A stretch of 64,000 nucleotides of DNA, from contig CP060756.1 in the NCBI GenBank assembly GCA_023205875.1, positions 1,364,001 to 1,428,000 on the forward strand, written 5' to 3'. Both the position numbers and the translations under genes were made by a program. The notes under the pieces were generated by a model. The model made no database searches, was not told where the DNA came from, and was given only the letters and a program-made list of their open reading frames with translations. Of this stretch, positions 59,386 through 64,000 are shown piece by piece; the stretch's first letter is position 1; each line of letters starts with the position of its first letter. This DNA comes from Chloropicon primus. Its lineage: Eukaryota.

Positions 59386-60432
59386 ATGGTGGCGAGCGCG
59401 AGCGGGATAGGGCCCTCGGAGGGGCTCGTGGGGGCCCTGGCCTCGGCCTTGGCCTCCGAGGAGATCATGGTGGCGATCGTGGTCGCGGTGAACGACGAGG
59501 AGACCGAACTCGTCGCGCGGAAGGTGGTTCAACTCGACAAGCTGGACTCCTCCTCCGCGTCGTCGTCGGCCTTGGCCAAGCGGGTGTGCTCCGAGCTGGA
59601 ACACGACCAGGCCGCGTACGTGCTCGCCAAGTACGCCTCCTCGGATGATTTGTACCTGCTCGTGACCCACATTCCCGAGGCGTGCGCGGTGCGCAAGAAG
59701 ATGATCTACGCCTCGACCCAGGGGAAGCTCAAGCTGACGGTGGGCCTGGACAACATCGCGAGGGACGTCCGCACGGACTCCCTCGAGGAGCTCGAGGCGG
59801 AGCTGGTCCAGGGCACCGAGGACCCCCTCGAGGAGGAGGCCTCCTCGGCCCCCCCGCTGACCGAGGAGGAGGCGATGCTGCAACGCAAGAACTGCAGCGT
59901 GCACTCCAAGTCGAACGCGTCCTACTTCGAGGACAGGCGCGCACTCCAGCAGTCGACCGAGACCAAGACCACGACCTGCCTCGCGGTGGACCCCGCCGTC
60001 GCGTCCGGGGCCAAGGACCTCGGCGAGGGCGACGTGCTGCGGGTGGTGGTGAGCCCCGAATCGGAGACCCTGAAGCCGGACGGGTCCGACCTGCCGGAGT
60101 CCGCCGGCACGAGGACCTGCTTCCTGATCGCCAGGCGCCGTCACGCGGCGGCCTCCCCACCCCTGCTGCTCTTCCTCCTCTGCACGGGCGAGGCGACAAT
60201 CAGGGAGAGGATGGTGTTCTCCATCGCGACCCAGTCGCTGCAGGACGCCCTGAGGAGCGCCGCGCTGGACTTCGAGTCCAGGGCGGTGGACAGCGCCGAG
60301 GAGATCTCCGAGGCCCTCGGGTCCGCCGACGACGGTGGGTCCGCCGAGGCCAAGAAGGCCTCCGGGTTCTCGAGGCCGAAGCGACCGGGGAGGGGAAAGA
60401 GGGGCCTCGTCTCCAAACCCGCTGCTGCTTGA
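59386..60432 (+). CDS. Twinfilin-like protein (two ADF-H domains plus basic tail)
   Basis: MVASASGI start; IPEACAVRKKMIYAST and ATIRERMVFS ADF-H motifs; tail FSRPKRPGRGKR. Confidence 0.75.
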   Translation: MVASASGIGPSEGLVGALASALASEEIMVAIVVAVNDEETELVARKVVQLDKLDSSSASSSALAKRVCSELEHDQAAYVLAKYASSDDLYLLVTHIPEACAVRKKMIYASTQGKLKLTVGLDNIARDVRTDSLEELEAELVQGTEDPLEEEASSAPPLTEEEAMLQRKNCSVHSKSNASYFEDRRALQQSTETKTTTCLAVDPAVASGAKDLGEGDVLRVVVSPESETLKPDGSDLPESAGTRTCFLIARRRHAAASPPLLLFLLCTGEATIRERMVFSIATQSLQDALRSAALDFESRAVDSAEEISEALGSADDGGSAEAKKASGFSRPKRPGRGKRGLVSKPAAA

Positions 60433-60517
60433 AGACTCTTTCGGGGATCTCCAAAAAAGAAAAAAGTATATTTATTACTATTAGCTTTTGTCTTCCGCCG
60501 CTTTTGCAGCCTGCTGC

Positions 60518-62012
60518 TCACAGCCTGCTCTTCAGGACCTGGCCGTACTTCTTCTGGGCCATCTTGACGGCCAAGTCGAGCATGATCTCCTCGGATCCTC
60601 CCGGGATCGCAAAGGCTCTCACCTCTCTGTAGAGCCTCTCCACCTTTTCGCCCTGGCCTCCCCTGACGTAGCTCGATCCGCCGAAGATCTGGGCGGCCTC
60701 CCTGGCGCAGAACTCAAACGTCTTGGTGGCCTGGACCTTGAGGAGGGAGATGTCCATGATGAGGTCGAGGTGGGTGAAGTGCTCCTCCCTCGGGATGGTG
60801 TTGAGCTGGTGCGTGATGAACTCGAGGTGGGCGTGGGTGCTCTCCACCTGCCTGGCCATCTCGGCGAGCTTCCACTTGATCATCCCGTGCTCAACGAGCT
60901 TCTTGCCAAAGGTCCTCCTCTTGTTCGCGTACTTGAAGGCCTCCTCGAGGCAGACCCTCGCCAGCTTGGTGGCCTGGGCGATGATGCCCCACCTCTCGTA
61001 GTTGAAGTTGTACATGATGTACATGAACCCCGCGTTCTCCATGCCGATGATGTTCTCCTTCGGAACCTTGACGTTGTCGAAGGTGATGTACGTCGTCCCG
61101 CTGGGCCACACGCCCATGCAGTCCATCTGCACGCACTCGATGCCGGGCATGGTCTTCTCCAGGAGGATGAGGGAGATGCCACCGATGCCGGGGCCGCCCG
61201 TCCTCGCGGCCACGGTGAAGTAGTCCGCGAACACCCCGTTGGTGATCCACTTCTTCTCGCCGTTCACGATGTAAAAGTCCCCGCTGGGGTCCTTGGTCGC
61301 CGTGGTCCTGATGTTCGCCACGTCGCTCCCGGCGTAGGGCTCGGAGATGGCCAAGCAGATGAACTTCTCGCCCGTCAGGCAGTCCCTCGCCACCTTCTGC
61401 TGCAGGTACTCGGATCCGAAGTGGAGGACCGGGGGAAGGCCGATGCCCATGCCGCCCATGAGCGCCCACAGCACGCCGCCGCTTCCGCACCTCCCGAGCT
61501 CCTCGATGAAGATGAGGGAGTGGAAGGCGTCAAAGTCCTGGGGGCCGCCCTCGCCCACGAAGTCGGTCGGCCACGGGGAGCCCACGATCGCGGGGAGCAG
61601 GCCCGCCCTGTACATCTTCTTGTAGATCTCCTTCGGCACCTTCTTCTCCTCGTCCCACTTCCTCACGTTTCCCTCGATCTCGGACTCCACGAAGGCCCTC
61701 ACCTTCATGCGCCAGTCGTGGTGCGTCTTCCTGTAGTACGGGCTGTTGTACCTGAGTCAGGGAGCGGGTGGGTGGAGCACAAGAAAAAAGAAAAGCGGGC
61801 GGGCCAAGGGAAACCAAAAGTCAGAAACGAGGAGTCCGGAGCCGTGCGCCAACGTTGCCACGACGAAACAGCGTGGCACGCACGACGAAAAAGTGCACGA
61901 AGGAGGGAAGGAAGGAAAGCAGGCCCACTCACCCCCTGTACCACGCTGGATCCCCCCAAGGCACCAACTCCCCAAACTCCTTTGGGAACTCTTCGTGATC
62001 TTCCGTCGCCAT
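60518..62012 (-). CDS. Acyl-CoA dehydrogenase; exons 62012-61933 and 61751-60518
   Basis: LAISEPYAGSDV, NGEKKWITNG, FNYER, RRTFGKKL, QIFGG, IPGGSEEIM; GT-AG intron 61932-61752 joins PAWYRG|YNSPYY. Confidence 0.93.
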
Positions 62013-62484
62013 CTCTCTCTGTCTCTCTGTCTCTCTGTCTCTCTGTCTCTCTCCTTTGCTCCTTCGTGGCGTTTCTCGCGCTTTTGCCTTTTTTGGCGCT
62101 CTGACGTCGTCGAGTCGAGTCGACTGCCTGGGACGGACAAAAACCAAAATCATGGGAAGTAATCTGACCTGGAAGCTCAGGATGGGGAGGGGAGAGGGGG
62201 AGGGAGGGGGAGGACAAACACCGGAGTTTAGTTCCCAAAGGGAGGAGCGAACAAGAGCAAGTGAGAGGGATGAAAACCCTTGGACCACATGTTTATTATT
62301 CACTTTTACGCAAACAAGAGCAGACACAGACACAAGGGAAAGAGAGGAGTCAGATCAGATCGGGTTCGCACACACCCACGCACGCACGCACGCACGCACA
62401 TAAAAAAACAAGAGGCCCGTGGAGCTGAATTGCGATCTTTTTGCGGTCCCCAGCACGCTGCGCTGACGCAATCCCAAAAGGCAC

Positions 62485-64000
62485 TTACCCGTACATACAA
62501 AAATGGCCGTGAATCCCCGTGGCCATCCAAAGCCTGTACACAAAATTTTCCGCCCGGATCGGGTGGGCGCTGCTCACTTTCATTCTCGGGATAAAGTACT
62601 TGCCGCCCCCCGAGGAGAAGCCGTACATGTCGACCCTGTCGCAGACCCCGAGCCTCAGCAGCTCGATGATGGCCCTCACCCTGGTCACCCCCCCCGACGC
62701 GTGCTGCTGCTTTTCCTTCCCGTACGCCCTGATCACCACGTGGATGTTCTTCGCCTCCTTGTACAGCTCGATCATTTGGTTGGCGTCCCTCCTCCACTGC
62801 GAGAGGAAGGGCGCGCCGTACAGCAAGGGCTTCTTTCCCCCCGAGAGCTTGGCCGGGTTCAGCTCGTTTGGGATGTACTTGGGGAAAAGGTTGTAGGTGG
62901 TCGGCGTCGTGTCCGGCGCGAACTCGGTCCCCAAGTAGTTCATCTTGTCGAACAGGCCGTCCGACCTGCTGCCCACGGCCTCCTGGAAGGGCTTGGTGAT
63001 TACGTTGTAGCGTATCACGAAGTCGTGCTCGTCAATCTCCTCGCCGAACTTCCCCTTGATCACGTTGTCCGCGTTTCCGACAACCGCGCAGGTTCCCAGC
63101 CTCAGCTTCTTGAAGTCCTCCAGCTTGCTCAGCTTCTCCTCCCACTTCATCTTGGACTTGACGAAGTAAGCCTTCTCGTACCACTGCCTGAGCTTCTTCG
63201 CCCCCGAGTTGTACGTCTCGTCAAAGCAGTCCTGGTGCAGGATGAGGCACGGGTACTTCTCAGCGGACACGTGGAGGATCTCCCTGGAGACGTTCAGGGG
63301 CAGGACCGCCCAATCTGGCGGAACCCTCTCGCCCCCCGTGGAAGCTCTATTCTTCTGCCTTTTCCTCCTCCTCCTCCTCAGGAGGGTCCTCCTGCCCGCG
63401 GGCGCCCCGGACGCGACGTCTTCCTTTGGCCGGGCGGCGTTGCCCTTTGGAGACTTGTAGCAGTACTCTGGAGGCTTGAGGGAACCGTCAAAGTCGTCCA
63501 CTACTTTTTGCACCTCTGGGTCCAGGACGATCTTCCGGCCGGCCTTGGACTCCTCCATGTGCTTCTTGATGGCCTGGTACTTCTTTTTCCGCTTCTTCTC
63601 CCTCTCCCTGTCGTACTTGTCAGTCGAACCGGTGGCCGCCCTGAACTCTCTCTCGAGCTTCTCCACCTCTCGCCTATCGAGTTCGTACTGTCTTCTCTCC
63701 TCGCCCGTCCTCCGCTGGTTCTCCGCCATGCGCTGCTTCCCCGCCTTGATCTCCTCCGCCAGCTTCGCTGCCTCCGCGCTCAGCTCCTTGGCCTCCTTGC
63801 CCCCACTGGCACTACTGGCGCTGTCCCCCTTGCTCTTCTTCTCCTTGTCCTTCTTCTTCTTCTTCTTCGTCGCCGCTGCCAAGGCCTCCTCCACCTCCTC
63901 CTTCCGTATCTCCTCCTCCACTTCGAACTCCACCAGCGCCGCTTCCGCGTTCACCAAGTCCCGCTTCACCTCCTTCTCCACCATGTCTCCCACCTTCACC
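62485..64000 (-). CDS. GT29 sialyltransferase-like protein; 5' end probably beyond the window
   Basis: Sialylmotif L CAVVGN...GEEIDEHDFVIRYN, motif S SGG...CDRVDMYGF, VS-like HPIRAE. Confidence 0.82.
   Translation of the reverse strand, partial: VKVGDMVEKEVKRDLVNAEAALVEFEVEEEIRKEEVEEALAAATKKKKKKDKEKKSKGDSASSASGGKEAKELSAEAAKLAEEIKAGKQRMAENQRRTGEERRQYELDRREVEKLEREFRAATGSTDKYDREREKKRKKKYQAIKKHMEESKAGRKIVLDPEVQKVVDDFDGSLKPPEYCYKSPKGNAARPKEDVASGAPAGRRTLLRRRRRKRQKNRASTGGERVPPDWAVLPLNVSREILHVSAEKYPCLILHQDCFDETYNSGAKKLRQWYEKAYFVKSKMKWEEKLSKLEDFKKLRLGTCAVVGNADNVIKGKFGEEIDEHDFVIRYNVITKPFQEAVGSRSDGLFDKMNYLGTEFAPDTTPTTYNLFPKYIPNELNPAKLSGGKKPLLYGAPFLSQWRRDANQMIELYKEAKNIHVVIRAYGKEKQQHASGGVTRVRAIIELLRLGVCDRVDMYGFSSGGGKYFIPRMKVSSAHPIRAENFVYRLWMATGIHGHFCMYG

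Noticed and set aside
34925..62104. Long antisense ORFs (34925-36571, 48422-50803, 51642-54023, 57762-59234, 60488-62104)
   Set aside because: Expected shadows of GC-rich codon usage opposite well-supported genes

Overview
Gene-dense eukaryotic nuclear DNA with short GT-AG introns, (GA)n-rich spacers and GC-rich genes. The gene content (plant-type SRP RNA, chloroplast-type phosphoglycolate phosphatase, HEI10) points to a compact green alga; a Chloropicon-like picoplankter is my unverified guess. The left half (1-32285, minus strand) is the 5' part of one giant, apparently intronless trans-AT type I polyketide synthase (>10,700 aa in this window, running off the left edge). It has an adenylation loading domain, two ACPs and at least 8 extension modules built from near-identical DNA repeats. 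The modules differ only by an exchangeable DH*/DH-ER cassette, ACP copy number and short hypervariable KS patches, and there is one +1 frameshift near 23360. The right half holds housekeeping genes (citrate synthase, CDPK-like kinase, TTL-family ligase, pyroglutamyl peptidase, MORN protein, RecQ, HEI10, IMPDH, RPT5, START protein, PGLP, twinfilin-like, acyl-CoA dehydrogenase, GT29) plus an SRP RNA and an intron-containing tRNA-Val(CAC). An accessory island (~39440-44200) starts right after the SRP RNA. It encodes a protein with two tandem serine-recombinase-like catalytic domains and a Cys-rich tail, followed by apparent gene fragments including an inverted, mosaic, non-functional copy of the PKS KS variable region that ends in a perfect fold-back hairpin. 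This island is the best candidate for an undescribed system.
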